A stretch of DNA of 53,700 nt from a virus. Lineage: Duplodnaviria; Caudoviricetes. Made by a program: the position numbers and the translations under genes. The notes below the pieces were generated by a model. That model was not told the DNA's origin. It saw only the letters and a list, made by a program, of their open reading frames with translations, and made no database searches. This document shows positions 27,497 to 38,500 of the stretch, one piece after another. Each line of letters starts with the position of its first letter. The first letter of the stretch is position 1. Location: the IMG/VR virus record IMGVR_UViG_3300027779_000038, positions 1 to 53,700 of that record; one strand, written 5' to 3'.

Positions 27497-29900
27497 CATT
27501 AACTATAACAGCACTTTTCCAAATCAGGTAGTACCTGAAGAAGAGAAAAAAACCTACAAGTATGGTTTAGCCGTTGCGCAAGCTATAGAACACGAATGGT
27601 TTAGAAACAATAGTGGACAAAATAGATTTATTGATAATTTTCAAAATTTTAATAGATTAAGATTATATGCAAGAGGCGAACAGCCAATACAAAAATATAA
27701 AGATGAGTTGTCTATAAATGGAGATTTATCTTATTTAAATTTAGATTGGAAACCAGTACCTGTTTTAGCTAAGTTTGTAGATATAGTAGTTAATGGTATG
27801 ACTGAAAAAGGTTATCAAATAAAAACTTTTGCTCAAGATCCTTTTGCTTTAAAACAAAAAACTCAATTTGCTCAAAATGCAATAAGAGATATAGAAAACA
27901 AAGAAGCTATAAATTCTTTACAATCTAAGCTAGGTCCTAATGCTAACTTATTTGCATCAGCTAATCCAGATAGTTTACCTGGAACAACAGAGGAATTAGA
28001 TTTATATTTACAATTAAACTTTAAGCAAGCTGTTGAGATAGCTGAAGAAGAAGTTTTAGAAAACATATTACAATATAATAAATTTGATGAAACTAAAAAA
28101 AGGTTAGCTCAAGATTTAACAATACTAGGTATAAGTTGTGTTAAAACAAGTTTTAATTTATCAGAAGGAGTTACAATTGATTATGTTAATCCAGCAAATA
28201 TTGTTTATTCATACACTGATGATCCTAATTTTGAAGATATATATTATGTAGGAGAAGTTAAAAGTATGACTTTAGCTGAAGTTAAAAGACAATTTCCTAG
28301 TTTAACAGACCAAGAATTAGAAAAAATTCAAAAATACCCTGGTAGAAGTTCACATACAAGTAACTTCTGGGGTCAACAAACTCAAGATCAAGTACAAATT
28401 TTGTTCTTTGAATATAAAACGTATCACGATCAAGTATTTAAAATAAAACAAACTGAGCAAGGTTTAGAAAAAACTTTAGAAAAACCAGATACTTTTAATC
28501 CACCACCTAATGATAATTTTGAAAGAATATCAAGATCTATAGAGGTTTTATATTCTGGAGCTAAGGTTTTAGGTATGGGTAGTGAAATTTTAGAATGGAA
28601 GTTATGTGAAAATATGACTAGACCCTTTGCTGATACTACTAAGGTTAATATGAATTATGTAATTTCTGCACCTAGAATGTATCAAGGAAGAATAGATTCA
28701 TTAGTAAGTAGAATAACTGGTTTTGCTGATATGATTCAAATTACTCATTTAAAATTACAACAAGTATTATCTCGTATTGTTCCAGATGGTGTTTATTTAG
28801 ATGTTGATGGTTTAGCTGAAGTAGATTTAGGTAATGGAACAAACTATAATCCTCAGGAAGCATTAAACATGTATTTTCAAACTGGTAGTATAGTTGGTAG
28901 ATCATTAACACAAGATGGGGATCCTAACAGGGGTAAAGTACCAATACAGGAACTACAAAGTTCTAATGGTATGTCTAAGGTTCAATCAATGATACAAACT
29001 TATCAATATTATTTACAAATGATAAGAGATGTCACTGGTCTTAATGAAGCTAGAGATGGAAGTTCACCAGATAAAAATGCGCTAGTAGGTTTACAAAAAA
29101 TGGCTGCTGCTAATTCTAATACAGCAACTAGACACATATTACAATCATTAATGTATTCTACAGTTAGAACTTGTGAGAATATAAGTTTAAGAGTAGCTGA
29201 TATGCTACAATTTCCAACAACTAAAGCATCGCTAATAGGTAGTATAAATGGATTTAATGTTGCTACCTTGGGCGAAATAGAAAAACTTGCTCTTCATGAT
29301 TTTGGTATATTTTTAGAATTAGAACCTGACGAAGAAGAAAAAGCACAACTAGAACAAAGTATACAAATAGCTCTTCAGCAAAAAACAATTGGGTTAGAAG
29401 ATGCAATTGATTTAAGAGAGGTCAAAAACCTCAAGCTTGCTAATCAAATGCTTAAATTTAGACAAAAGAAAAAAGAAGAAAAAGACAGGGCTCAACAATT
29501 AGAAAATATACAGGCTCAAGCTCAAGCTAATTCTCAATCAGCTGAAAAAGCAGCTATGGCTGAAGTTCAAAAAAACCAAGCATTAGCAGAAACAGAAGTT
29601 CAAATAGAACAAGCTAAATCTCAGTTTGAAATTCAAAGAATGGAACAAGAGGTTATGAATAAAAAACAATTGATGGCTGAAGAGTTTAGTTATCAAATGC
29701 AATTAGCTCAAATGGAACAACAAGGCCAAAGACAAAAAGAACAATCAGTAGAAGATCGTAAAGACAATAGAGTGCAAATACAAGGTACACAACAAAGTGA
29801 ACTTATAGACCAACGACAAAACAATTTATTACCTAAAAATTTTGAATCAAGTAATGATAGTTTAGATGGTTTTGGATTAGAGCAATTTAATCCTAGTTAA
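27489..29900 (+). CDS. Portal protein
   Basis: 803 aa between terL and scaffold/MCP; LNLDWKPVPVLAKFVDIVVNG; IRDVTGLNEARDG; Gln/Glu-rich C-terminal coiled-coil barrel as in P22/crAss-type portals. Confidence 0.88.
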   Translation: MVNINYNSTFPNQVVPEEEKKTYKYGLAVAQAIEHEWFRNNSGQNRFIDNFQNFNRLRLYARGEQPIQKYKDELSINGDLSYLNLDWKPVPVLAKFVDIVVNGMTEKGYQIKTFAQDPFALKQKTQFAQNAIRDIENKEAINSLQSKLGPNANLFASANPDSLPGTTEELDLYLQLNFKQAVEIAEEEVLENILQYNKFDETKKRLAQDLTILGISCVKTSFNLSEGVTIDYVNPANIVYSYTDDPNFEDIYYVGEVKSMTLAEVKRQFPSLTDQELEKIQKYPGRSSHTSNFWGQQTQDQVQILFFEYKTYHDQVFKIKQTEQGLEKTLEKPDTFNPPPNDNFERISRSIEVLYSGAKVLGMGSEILEWKLCENMTRPFADTTKVNMNYVISAPRMYQGRIDSLVSRITGFADMIQITHLKLQQVLSRIVPDGVYLDVDGLAEVDLGNGTNYNPQEALNMYFQTGSIVGRSLTQDGDPNRGKVPIQELQSSNGMSKVQSMIQTYQYYLQMIRDVTGLNEARDGSSPDKNALVGLQKMAAANSNTATRHILQSLMYSTVRTCENISLRVADMLQFPTTKASLIGSINGFNVATLGEIEKLALHDFGIFLELEPDEEEKAQLEQSIQIALQQKTIGLEDAIDLREVKNLKLANQMLKFRQKKKEEKDRAQQLENIQAQAQANSQSAEKAAMAEVQKNQALAETEVQIEQAKSQFEIQRMEQEVMNKKQLMAEEFSYQMQLAQMEQQGQRQKEQSVEDRKDNRVQIQGTQQSELIDQRQNNLLPKNFESSNDSLDGFGLEQFNPS

Positions 29901-29924
29901 TTATTATTAATTTTATATTATATT

Positions 29925-31175
29925 ATGTCAAATCAAGAAACACAAATAAAAGAAAAAGAAGAGATTAAATTAGAAACTAAAAATCTTTCACCTACCAAAA
30001 CAGAAGGTGAATTTAAAATAAAGTCTGCTAAAAAGATGAAAAATCTTGGAGAAAAATCAACTCCTAAAATAATAAAAGTAGATTTAACAAAAACAAAAGA
30101 AGATGCCATTCAAACACAGGAGACAAATGATAGCAATGTTGTTGTCAAAAAACTCGAAGACAGTAAAAACAGCGAAGGATTGGTTAAGGAAATACGGACC
30201 ACCGAAGAAAAAGTAGAAGAAACATCTGATTCACCAATACAAGAAATAACTGATGAAGAAAGTAACATTGACGAGAGCGGAGTGGCAGGAAGCAATGAAA
30301 TTACCCACGCCGTATCAGAACAAAAAGAAATACCAAAGGAAGTTGAAGCACAAAAACTACCTGAAAATATAGAAAAATTAATTAAATTCATGAAAGACAC
30401 CGGTGGTGATGTGAACGATTATGCACGTTTAAACGCTGATTATACAAACATAGACAGTGAGTCTTTATTACATGAATATTACAAAACAGCTAAACCACAT
30501 CTTAATGCAGAAGAAAGAGGATTTATAATTGAAGACTCTTTCCATTTTGATGAGGAATTAGATGAGGCAAGAGACATTCGTAAGAAAAAACTTGCCTATA
30601 AAGAAGAAGTTGCAAAAGCTAAAAACTATTTAGAGGGATTGAAAACAAAATATTACGACGAAATCAAGTTGAGACCCGGCGTAACTCAAGACCAACAAAA
30701 AGCTACAGATTTTTTCAACCGATTTAATGAGGAAAAAAAAGCAGGTGATGCTAGACACGTGGAGTTTATAGCCAAAACTAAATCGCTCCTTAACGATGAT
30801 TTCAAAGGTTTTGATTTTAAAGTAGGGGACAAAAAATTTAGATATGGTATTAAAGATCCTTCAAGTGTTGCTGATAATCAAGGTGATATTTCTAATTTCA
30901 TTAAGACGTTCTTAAATGATAAAGGAGAAATAGGAGATCACAAAGGTTATCACAAAGCTTTATATGCGGCCAAGAATGCTGATACAATAGCCCAACATTT
31001 TTATGATCAAGGTAAAACTGATTCAATAAAAGATCAATTAGCTAAGTCTAAAAATATAAGTACTCAACCTAGAAAAACATCTGAAGGTAATGTATTTGTT
31101 CAAGGTTTAAAAGTAAAAGCAATTAGTGGACTTGATTCTTCACAATTAAAAATCAAAAAAAAGAAATTTAACTAA
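29925..31175 (+). CDS. Capsid scaffolding protein (acidic)
   Basis: Glu/Lys-rich disordered N-terminus with a helical C-terminus; located between portal and MCP. Confidence 0.7.
   Translation: MSNQETQIKEKEEIKLETKNLSPTKTEGEFKIKSAKKMKNLGEKSTPKIIKVDLTKTKEDAIQTQETNDSNVVVKKLEDSKNSEGLVKEIRTTEEKVEETSDSPIQEITDEESNIDESGVAGSNEITHAVSEQKEIPKEVEAQKLPENIEKLIKFMKDTGGDVNDYARLNADYTNIDSESLLHEYYKTAKPHLNAEERGFIIEDSFHFDEELDEARDIRKKKLAYKEEVAKAKNYLEGLKTKYYDEIKLRPGVTQDQQKATDFFNRFNEEKKAGDARHVEFIAKTKSLLNDDFKGFDFKVGDKKFRYGIKDPSSVADNQGDISNFIKTFLNDKGEIGDHKGYHKALYAAKNADTIAQHFYDQGKTDSIKDQLAKSKNISTQPRKTSEGNVFVQGLKVKAISGLDSSQLKIKKKKFN
30103..30216 (+). CDS. 37-aa basic peptide overprinted in scaffold +1 frame (MPFKHRRQMIAMLLSKNSKTVKTAKDWLRKYGPPKKK)
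   Basis: A-rich leader (TTAACAAAAACAAAAGAAG-ATG). Resembles the widespread phage MPFKS..Q...M.......A..W..KYG small-protein pattern. Atypical scaffold codons over this stretch. Confidence 0.6.
   Translation: MPFKHRRQMIAMLLSKNSKTVKTAKDWLRKYGPPKKK
30253..30372 (+). CDS. 39-aa basic peptide overprinted in scaffold +1 frame (MKKVTLTRAEWQEAMKLPTPYQNKKKYQRKLKHKNYLKI)
   Basis: NKKKYxRKxKHK motif as in small phage proteins and ArfA-like tails. Local GC is 24/60 at 30241-30300 versus 14/60 at 29941-30000. Confidence 0.6.
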   Translation: MKKVTLTRAEWQEAMKLPTPYQNKKKYQRKLKHKNYLKI

Positions 31176-31187
31176 AAAAATTAAAAA

Positions 31188-32669
31188 ATGAGTTTAATAC
31201 CACAATTTGGTACGATAGTACCTTCGCAAACACAACAATTATTAGCTAGTGCATATCTAGCTTTTGATGGTGCTGCTGGAGGTAACTTCGCACAACAATA
31301 TCTACCTGAGTTATACGAACAAGAAGTAGAGCGTTATGGAAACAGAACGTTATCAGGCTTCTTACGTATGGTAGGGGCAGAAATGCCTATGACATCCGAT
31401 CAAGTTATTTGGTCAGAACAAAACAGATTACACATAGCTTACACTAATTGTGTTAATAATCAAGGTGCTGCTAACCCAACAATTACTATTCCTGTAACTG
31501 CTGCTGGTGTTGTACCTGCTATTGCTAACGTAATTAGTCCAGGTCAAACAATAGTAGTAATGGATAATGCGGGTAACGAAGCAAAATGTTATGTATCTGC
31601 AAGTAATACGGCAACAGCAGGTGCTGGTGCTGGTGCTTTAACTGTACAACCATATTTAACTGCTGGTCTTCCAGCGGCTACAATGGGTGCCACTGTTAAG
31701 ATATTTGTATACGGTTCGGAATTTACTAAAGGTGCTGCTACTGCAAATGCAGGCGCGGGTGCTTTAGCAAACAACAATGCCTTACAACCACAAGTAACTA
31801 TTACTCCTACTTTTACACAATTCTCTAACTCTCCTATTATCATAAGAAACGTTTATACAATAAATGGATCTGATATGGCACAAATAGGTTGGGTTGAAGT
31901 TGCTACAGAAGATGGAACAACTGGATACTTATGGTACTTAAAAGCTGAATCTGAAACAAGATTACGTTTTGAAGATTACTTAGAAATGGTATGTGTTGAA
32001 GGTGAACAAACTGCTGCGGCATCTGGAGTTGCTGTTTTAGCAGCTGGTCTTGGTGGTACTCAGGGTTTATTCTCTGCAATTTCTGCTAGAGGTAACGTTG
32101 AAATTGGATTTGCTGGCGCAGCTGGTTTAGACGACTTTGATGAAATTCTTAAGAATTTAGATACTCAAGGAGCTATCGAAGAAAATATGCTTTTCTTAAA
32201 TAGATCAACTTCTTTAGAATTCGATAACATGCTTTCGCAAGTATCTATGGGTTCTGCTGGAGGTACTGCTTATGGATTATTTGAAAACTCTGAAGAAATG
32301 GCATTAAATCTTGGATTTAGTGGTTTTCGCAGAGGATCTTATGACTTTTATAAAACTGACTGGAAATACCTAAATGATGCATCAACTCGTGGAGCTCAAT
32401 CAGGACCATCTTCTATTGAAGGTGTTTTAGTACCTGCTGGAACTTCAACAGTTTATGACCAAATTTTAGGAACAAACATCAGACGACCATTTTTACACGT
32501 TAGATATAGAGCTTCTCAAACAGAAGACAGACGTATGAAGTCTTGGTTAACTGGTTCTGCTGGTGGTGCGTATACTTCAAATCTTGATGCTATGGAAGTT
32601 AACTTCCTATCTGAAAGATGTTTAGTAACACAGGCTGCTAACAACTTCGTTTTATTCCAAGGAGTTTAA
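31188..32669 (+). CDS. Major capsid protein
   Basis: 493 aa after the scaffold; FAQQYLPELYEQEVERYGNRT...SDQVIWSEQ.RLH; LNLGFSGFRRGSYDFYKTDWKYLND; strongly biased codons; followed by a terminator. Confidence 0.88.
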   Translation: MSLIPQFGTIVPSQTQQLLASAYLAFDGAAGGNFAQQYLPELYEQEVERYGNRTLSGFLRMVGAEMPMTSDQVIWSEQNRLHIAYTNCVNNQGAANPTITIPVTAAGVVPAIANVISPGQTIVVMDNAGNEAKCYVSASNTATAGAGAGALTVQPYLTAGLPAATMGATVKIFVYGSEFTKGAATANAGAGALANNNALQPQVTITPTFTQFSNSPIIIRNVYTINGSDMAQIGWVEVATEDGTTGYLWYLKAESETRLRFEDYLEMVCVEGEQTAAASGVAVLAAGLGGTQGLFSAISARGNVEIGFAGAAGLDDFDEILKNLDTQGAIEENMLFLNRSTSLEFDNMLSQVSMGSAGGTAYGLFENSEEMALNLGFSGFRRGSYDFYKTDWKYLNDASTRGAQSGPSSIEGVLVPAGTSTVYDQILGTNIRRPFLHVRYRASQTEDRRMKSWLTGSAGGAYTSNLDAMEVNFLSERCLVTQAANNFVLFQGV

Positions 32670-32676
32670 TATTAAT

Positions 32677-32719
32677 GTAAAGACAAGGGTGTCGTTTGGC
32701 ACCCTTACTTTACTATTTT
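32677..32719 (+). terminator. Rho-independent terminator after the MCP gene
   Basis: GTAAAG-AC-AAGGGTGTC-gttt-GGCACCCTT-A-CTTTAC hairpin followed by TATTTT. Confidence 0.75.
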
Positions 32720-32741
32720 AACTATTTAATTATATTATATT

Positions 32742-33506
32742 ATGACAACAAAAACAAAAACTCAACAACAAGGTTGGGAAATAAAAGATAGAACATATTT
32801 AGTAAAAGGTGTTAATCAACCTTTAACTTTAAAAATACCATCAAGACACACAACTAAGCATGCTTTACTGTGGTTTGATGAAAAATTAAATGAGCAAAGA
32901 GAGATAAGATATGCTACAAACCAAAATTCACCATTTAAGGATGAACAAAAAGGTGAAGCCACTCTTGGTCATATAATATTTAAAGATGGTTCTTTGACAG
33001 TAAGAAAGAAAGAACAAGCTTTACAAAAAATACTATCATTATACCATCCTTTAAAAGGTAACAAGTATAATGAACTAAACGTTATAGAGGATGCTAAGGA
33101 TGAATTAGTAAATTTAGAATTAGAAATAGATGCTTTAAACATAGCTAGAGGTTTAGATGTTGACGAAGCAGAGGCAATATTAAGAGTTGAAATGGGATCT
33201 AAAGTATCAGAGATGAGTTCTAAGGAGATCAAAAGAGATTTACTTATGTTTGCTAAAGATAACGCAGAATTGTTTCTAAACTTAGCTAAAGATGATAATG
33301 TTCAATTAAGAAATTTTGCTATAAAAGCAACAGAGGCTGGAATTATTAAACTAGCTTCAGATCAAAAAACATTCCAATGGGCTACAAACGGTAAAAAGCT
33401 AATGACTGTACCTTTTGATGAACATCCATATGCTGCTATGGCTTCTTTCTTTAAAACAGATGAAGGTTTAGATATTTATAAATCAATAGAGAAAAAACTT
33501 TCTTAA
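32742..33506 (+). CDS. Conserved hypothetical protein downstream of MCP (254 aa)
   Basis: WEIKDRTY...REIRYATNQNSPF.DEQ...LGHIIF.DG.L; syntenic position within the head module. Confidence 0.75.
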   Translation: MTTKTKTQQQGWEIKDRTYLVKGVNQPLTLKIPSRHTTKHALLWFDEKLNEQREIRYATNQNSPFKDEQKGEATLGHIIFKDGSLTVRKKEQALQKILSLYHPLKGNKYNELNVIEDAKDELVNLELEIDALNIARGLDVDEAEAILRVEMGSKVSEMSSKEIKRDLLMFAKDNAELFLNLAKDDNVQLRNFAIKATEAGIIKLASDQKTFQWATNGKKLMTVPFDEHPYAAMASFFKTDEGLDIYKSIEKKLS

Positions 33507-33516
33507 TGTGTAATAC

Positions 33517-33547
33517 TAATAAGGGAGGTGTAATGCCTCCTTTATTA
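33517..33547 (+). terminator. Hairpin / probable terminator
   Basis: TAATAAGGGAGGT-gtaat-GCCTCCTTTATTA inverted repeat in the intergenic gap. Confidence 0.6.
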
Positions 33548-33562
33548 TAATAAAAATAACAA

Positions 33563-34342
33563 ATGGCTATATCCGTAAATACCGTATATCAAACGGTTTT
33601 ATTAATATTAAACAAAGAACAAAGAGGTTATATAACCCCTGAAGAGTTTAATAAAATTAGTAATCAAGTGCAACTTGAAATATTTGAAAAGTATTTTGAA
33701 GATATTAATCAGCAAATAAGAGTACCGCAAACCGATACAGATTATGCTGATAGGGTTGTTAATCTTGATGAAAAAATAGCTATATTTAAAACATTTGGTA
33801 ATGCTCTTCCAACAACCCTACCTGATGGTATAACAAACTATTGGAATCTTCCTGTTGTAGATGCATTTGGAAATGATGTTCAATCGACATCTAGTACGCC
33901 TTTTTATAGACTAGGTACCGTGTTGTATAATAATGAAATAGAAGTGGAGCGAATAGATCGTTCTGATTTTTATCATGTAAATAGTTCTTTACTTACTAAG
34001 CCTACAAAAACTTATCCAGTTTATTTATATGAAAACGAAAAATTATTTGTAAAACCTAATTCTATAAATAACCCAGGAGACATACAAATTGACTTTATAA
34101 GAAAACCGGCGCCACCAATTTGGGCTTTTAGCGTAGGTTCTTTAGGTCAATATATATTTAACTCAAACGTAAAGTCAGCTGCTTTGCCTAGTGGTCATGT
34201 TGATTTTGAACTTCACAAATCTGAACAAACTAGTTTAATAATAGAAATATTAATGTATGCTGGTATAATAATAAGAGATCCTCAAATAATACAAGCAGCA
34301 GCTCAAGAATCAGCTACAAATGAACAAAACTCAAAAAGTTAA
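33563..34342 (+). CDS. Tail ring / head-tail adaptor protein
   Basis: VNTVYQTVLLILNKEQRGYITPEEFN..., IDFIRKP..P.W, FELH.SE; crAss-like ring protein pattern and position. Confidence 0.7.
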   Translation: MAISVNTVYQTVLLILNKEQRGYITPEEFNKISNQVQLEIFEKYFEDINQQIRVPQTDTDYADRVVNLDEKIAIFKTFGNALPTTLPDGITNYWNLPVVDAFGNDVQSTSSTPFYRLGTVLYNNEIEVERIDRSDFYHVNSSLLTKPTKTYPVYLYENEKLFVKPNSINNPGDIQIDFIRKPAPPIWAFSVGSLGQYIFNSNVKSAALPSGHVDFELHKSEQTSLIIEILMYAGIIIRDPQIIQAAAQESATNEQNSKS

Positions 34343-34348
34343 TAAACT

Positions 34349-35587
34349 ATGGCAACACCTAATGGAGGTTTAATAACAGAAACTAACGCTCAGTATTTCA
34401 CCGGTACACAAGTAGTAATAGCAGTTAATCCAAGCGCGGGCGTAGGACAAACTGTTTTTAAAACCACTTTTAATACAGCACTTACTTTTGGTTCCAACGA
34501 CCCAACTAATCCTCTTTATAATAATAACAACTTTAGACTGTATACAAGCACATCTGGAGCCACGGGAACTTTTACCGAATATATACAATCCTATACCGTA
34601 TTAAATAGCATTATAACTTTAGCAGCCACAATTGCTGCTGGAACCTATGTTGTTATACAATTACTTAGTGAAAGTGGTGGAAAGTTTGGAAACAAAGATG
34701 CACTAGGCACTGTAGTGGAAGAAAACTATGCTAATTACCAATACATAAAAATAAAAGATGTAGTTAATAATTTTTTAGTAGCCTATGTTGGCACTGGTAA
34801 GCTTATTTCAAGTGTAAAACGAACAGATTTAATGTTTCATGCAAAAAGAGCTTTACAGGAATTTAGTTATGATACATTAAGAAGTATTCATTCTCAAGAA
34901 CTAAATATACCAGTAAACTTAAGTGTTCCTTTACCTCAAGACTATGTAAATTATGTTAACGTTTCGTGGGTTGACGCTCAAGGCATTAAACATATTATTT
35001 ATCCTACTACATTAACCTCAAATCCTTACACAAAACCTATACAAGACGCTCAAGGAATACCAACTCAAACAAACCAAGGAGAAAACATAACAGGAACATC
35101 TTTAATTGAGGCTCGTTGGGCTTCTAATAATCTTAATATAATTAATGAAATAAGAGACGATATTGTTGGTAGACTTATAGCGGATGGATTATATGGTTTT
35201 TATGGAGAGTCTTTAGCTTATGGTCAAAGATATGGCATGCAACCAGAAATTTCTCAGATTAATGGATGGTTTACTATAAATGAAAGAGAAGGTAAAATGT
35301 CTTTTTCTAGTGATTTACAAGATAAATTAATAATATTAGAATATATATCTGATGGTTTAGCTTATGATCAAGACATGCAGGTACCTAAGCTAGCAGAAGA
35401 AGCTATATATGCCTATATTATGCATGCGGTTTTAGCTAGTAGAATAAACCAGCCTGAGTATATAATACAAAGATTGCGTAAAGAAAAAAGTGCAAAATTA
35501 AGAAATGCTAAAATAAGATTATCTAACATTAAATCTAATGAGTTTATTCAGATTATGAGAGGTAAATCTAAGTGGATTAAATCATAA
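34349..35587 (+). CDS. Tail ring / tail tubular protein
   Basis: FHAKRALQEFSYD, LPQDYVNYV, ILEYISDGL, VPKLAEEAIYAYI...LRNAKIRLSN. Confidence 0.7.
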   Translation: MATPNGGLITETNAQYFTGTQVVIAVNPSAGVGQTVFKTTFNTALTFGSNDPTNPLYNNNNFRLYTSTSGATGTFTEYIQSYTVLNSIITLAATIAAGTYVVIQLLSESGGKFGNKDALGTVVEENYANYQYIKIKDVVNNFLVAYVGTGKLISSVKRTDLMFHAKRALQEFSYDTLRSIHSQELNIPVNLSVPLPQDYVNYVNVSWVDAQGIKHIIYPTTLTSNPYTKPIQDAQGIPTQTNQGENITGTSLIEARWASNNLNIINEIRDDIVGRLIADGLYGFYGESLAYGQRYGMQPEISQINGWFTINEREGKMSFSSDLQDKLIILEYISDGLAYDQDMQVPKLAEEAIYAYIMHAVLASRINQPEYIIQRLRKEKSAKLRNAKIRLSNIKSNEFIQIMRGKSKWIKS

Positions 35588-35592
35588 ATTAA

Positions 35593-38500
35593 ATGGCAGA
35601 AGTTAAAAACTCTTTCATTAAGTCTAAAATGAATAAAGACCTAGATGCTAGGTTGTTACCAAACGGCGAATATCGTGAAGGACTTAATATACAAGTAAGT
35701 AGATCAGAGGGTGCCGACGTTGGAGCGTTAGAAAATGTTTTAGGTAACGAAGAAATAGTTAATTTTAAAACAATAAGTGGTTGTAATCCTGTAACTAGTG
35801 GTGATTGTAATTTAAAAACAATAGGTGTATTTACAGATAAAGTAAATGATAATATTTATATATTTTTAACAGACTATACTGACTCAGGGTTTGAAACATC
35901 GATAACATATAATAATGAATCACATAATTATATTTATATACACAATGTATTAAGTAGAGAATCTAATTTATTATTAACTGGTTCTTTTTTAAACTTTTCT
36001 ACAACTAATCCTATTTATGGTATAAATATATTAGAAGGAGTGTTGTTTTGGACCGATAACAGAAATCAACCAAGAAAAATAGACGTAAGTAGGGCTTCTA
36101 CAAACTCAACAGAACAAACTTCTAATAATTATTACACAACTGAAGAACAAATTTCAGTTGCTACTTACAACCCTTATCAAACTATAGATTTATATTTTAA
36201 TAAATGGGGTAGTGGTGTTGTTAAATCTACTGTTACAGCTGGAACTACAATAAGTTTTGTTACAGATAGTTTAACAGGTATACCATCTGTAGGATCAAGT
36301 GTTGCAAAAGCTGATAACACGGTTATAGGGACCATACTATCTTTTAGTTCTTCCGGTAATTCTATTGTTGTAAGTGCAGCAACTACTTTATCCGTTGGTG
36401 ATGTTTTAAGATTTTTTGTTGCTAGTAATTTTGCCGCAAGTACTGCCACGCATTATTCAAGTATGTATAATGCTACTGATAAATTTGCAGCAGATGGCAC
36501 AACACTTAATCCTACTTTTCAAACAGCAGGACCGGATATTAATGGCAACACTGTAACCAATTATCCTGGTGATCCTGACTTTTTAAAAGATAAATTTGTA
36601 CGCTTTAGTTATAGATTTAAATTTGATGGAGGGGAAAATTCAATATTTGCTCCATTTACTCAACCTGCTTTTATACCTAAACAAGATGGTTATTTTTTAG
36701 ACAATGATTCAGCTCTTTCAGGTAATACAAAAGATGAAAATTCAACATATAGAAGTACTATTGTTGCTTTTATGGAAAATCAAGTAAATAACATATTACT
36801 TCAAATTCCACTACCTTGTCAAGCAAATGAACTTTATGATAAATTTAAAGTAATAGAAATTGATATTCTTTATAAAGAATCTGATGGTTTAGCTGTTCAA
36901 TTGGTAGATAAAATATCTAGAGATGGTATTGAAGGTTTTGAACAATTAGGTGGTACTGATAATGTAGTTGTTTACAACTATCAAGGCGATAAACCATATA
37001 GAACACTTCCCTCCGCTGACTTAATAAGAGTATTTGATAAGGTACCTGTTAGAGCTTACGGTCAAGAAATAATAGGTAATAGAATTGTATATAGTAATTT
37101 TCAAACACAACATACTCCTCCTGAATCTTTAAATTATAACGTAGGTATATATGATAAAAATGCTTTTTCATTAGCCACCAGCGATGATGAGGCAGTACCA
37201 AGCTCTAGTATAGTAGAATATCCTATGCATACTGTTAAACAAAACAGAAATTACCAAGTTGGTGTTGTTTTATCTGATAAGTTTGGTAGACAGTCAACAG
37301 TATTACTTTCTTCGGCTGTTGTACAAAATTTTGAATCTGGAAATATAAATGCTTTTGGTGGATCTACTGTTTATTTTCCTTATAGAAAAGATAAAGGAAC
37401 CACTAATAATGATATTAACTCTTGGCCCGGTGATTCAATAAAAATATTATTTAATCAAGCTATAGGCACCACTGGTATTTATGCTGGTAATGCTGCTAAT
37501 TTTATTAATGGATGGCCTGGTATTTACAATGGAGATATTACTAATGCTGATTATAATCCTTTAGGTTGGTATTCATATAAAGTTGTTATTAAACAGCAAG
37601 AACAAGAATACTATAACGTTTATTTACCAGGTATATTAAACGGTTATCCTAATAATCCAGCTACCCCACCAGACCCTCAAGATACTGTGGCTTTTATAAC
37701 TTTATTAGGTGATAATATAAATAAAGTTCCTAGAGACCTTACAGACGTGGGGCCGGTACAAGTACAGTTTAGAAGTTCAGTACCAATATTTGGTAGAGTA
37801 ACTCCTCAACAAACTGCACCTGGAACCGTTCCGGTATTCAATACGCAATTTTATCCTACTATAGAGCCTGATGTTGTTAATACTATAGGCGTAGAAGATA
37901 ATCTATTAGGAACAAATATTGCCTACAGTGACATTTATCAAACAGAAAGTAATCCAAACATGGGTAGGGTGTCTCAATCTTCAATCACTAATCCTATAGG
38001 CTCTGGTCCTTTAGCTAGTGGTACTTATAATTTTTTATTAGGTATATATGAAACAGCGCCAGTAGATTCAAGATTAAATATATTTTGGGAAACATCTACA
38101 TCTGGTCTTATATCTGATTTAAATTTAGCTATAGAGCAAGAAAGTCCAGGTATAAAAGGTTTTACAACTGCTCCTGGACAAAATACTACTTGGACTTATT
38201 CTCAAAATGAAAATATGACCACAGGCACTGGTGTTGCTAAGAATTTTTATCCTTATCAACAAACAGTAACAAATGGTCCTATGGTTCAAGTTGATAATTC
38301 TATAATTGATAATTGGTGGGTGGAAGATGGAGAAGGTGCTACTAGAACAAATGATTTTACTTTAACTAAACAAGAAGGCTCTCCAGATACATATACTATT
38401 TCCACAGCTAATACTTTTTATTTTGGTAGTAATGCTTCTACAAAAGAAAGTTATCAATTTTTCTTTGAAGTAATTAATGAAGATACTAGTATAATTAGTG

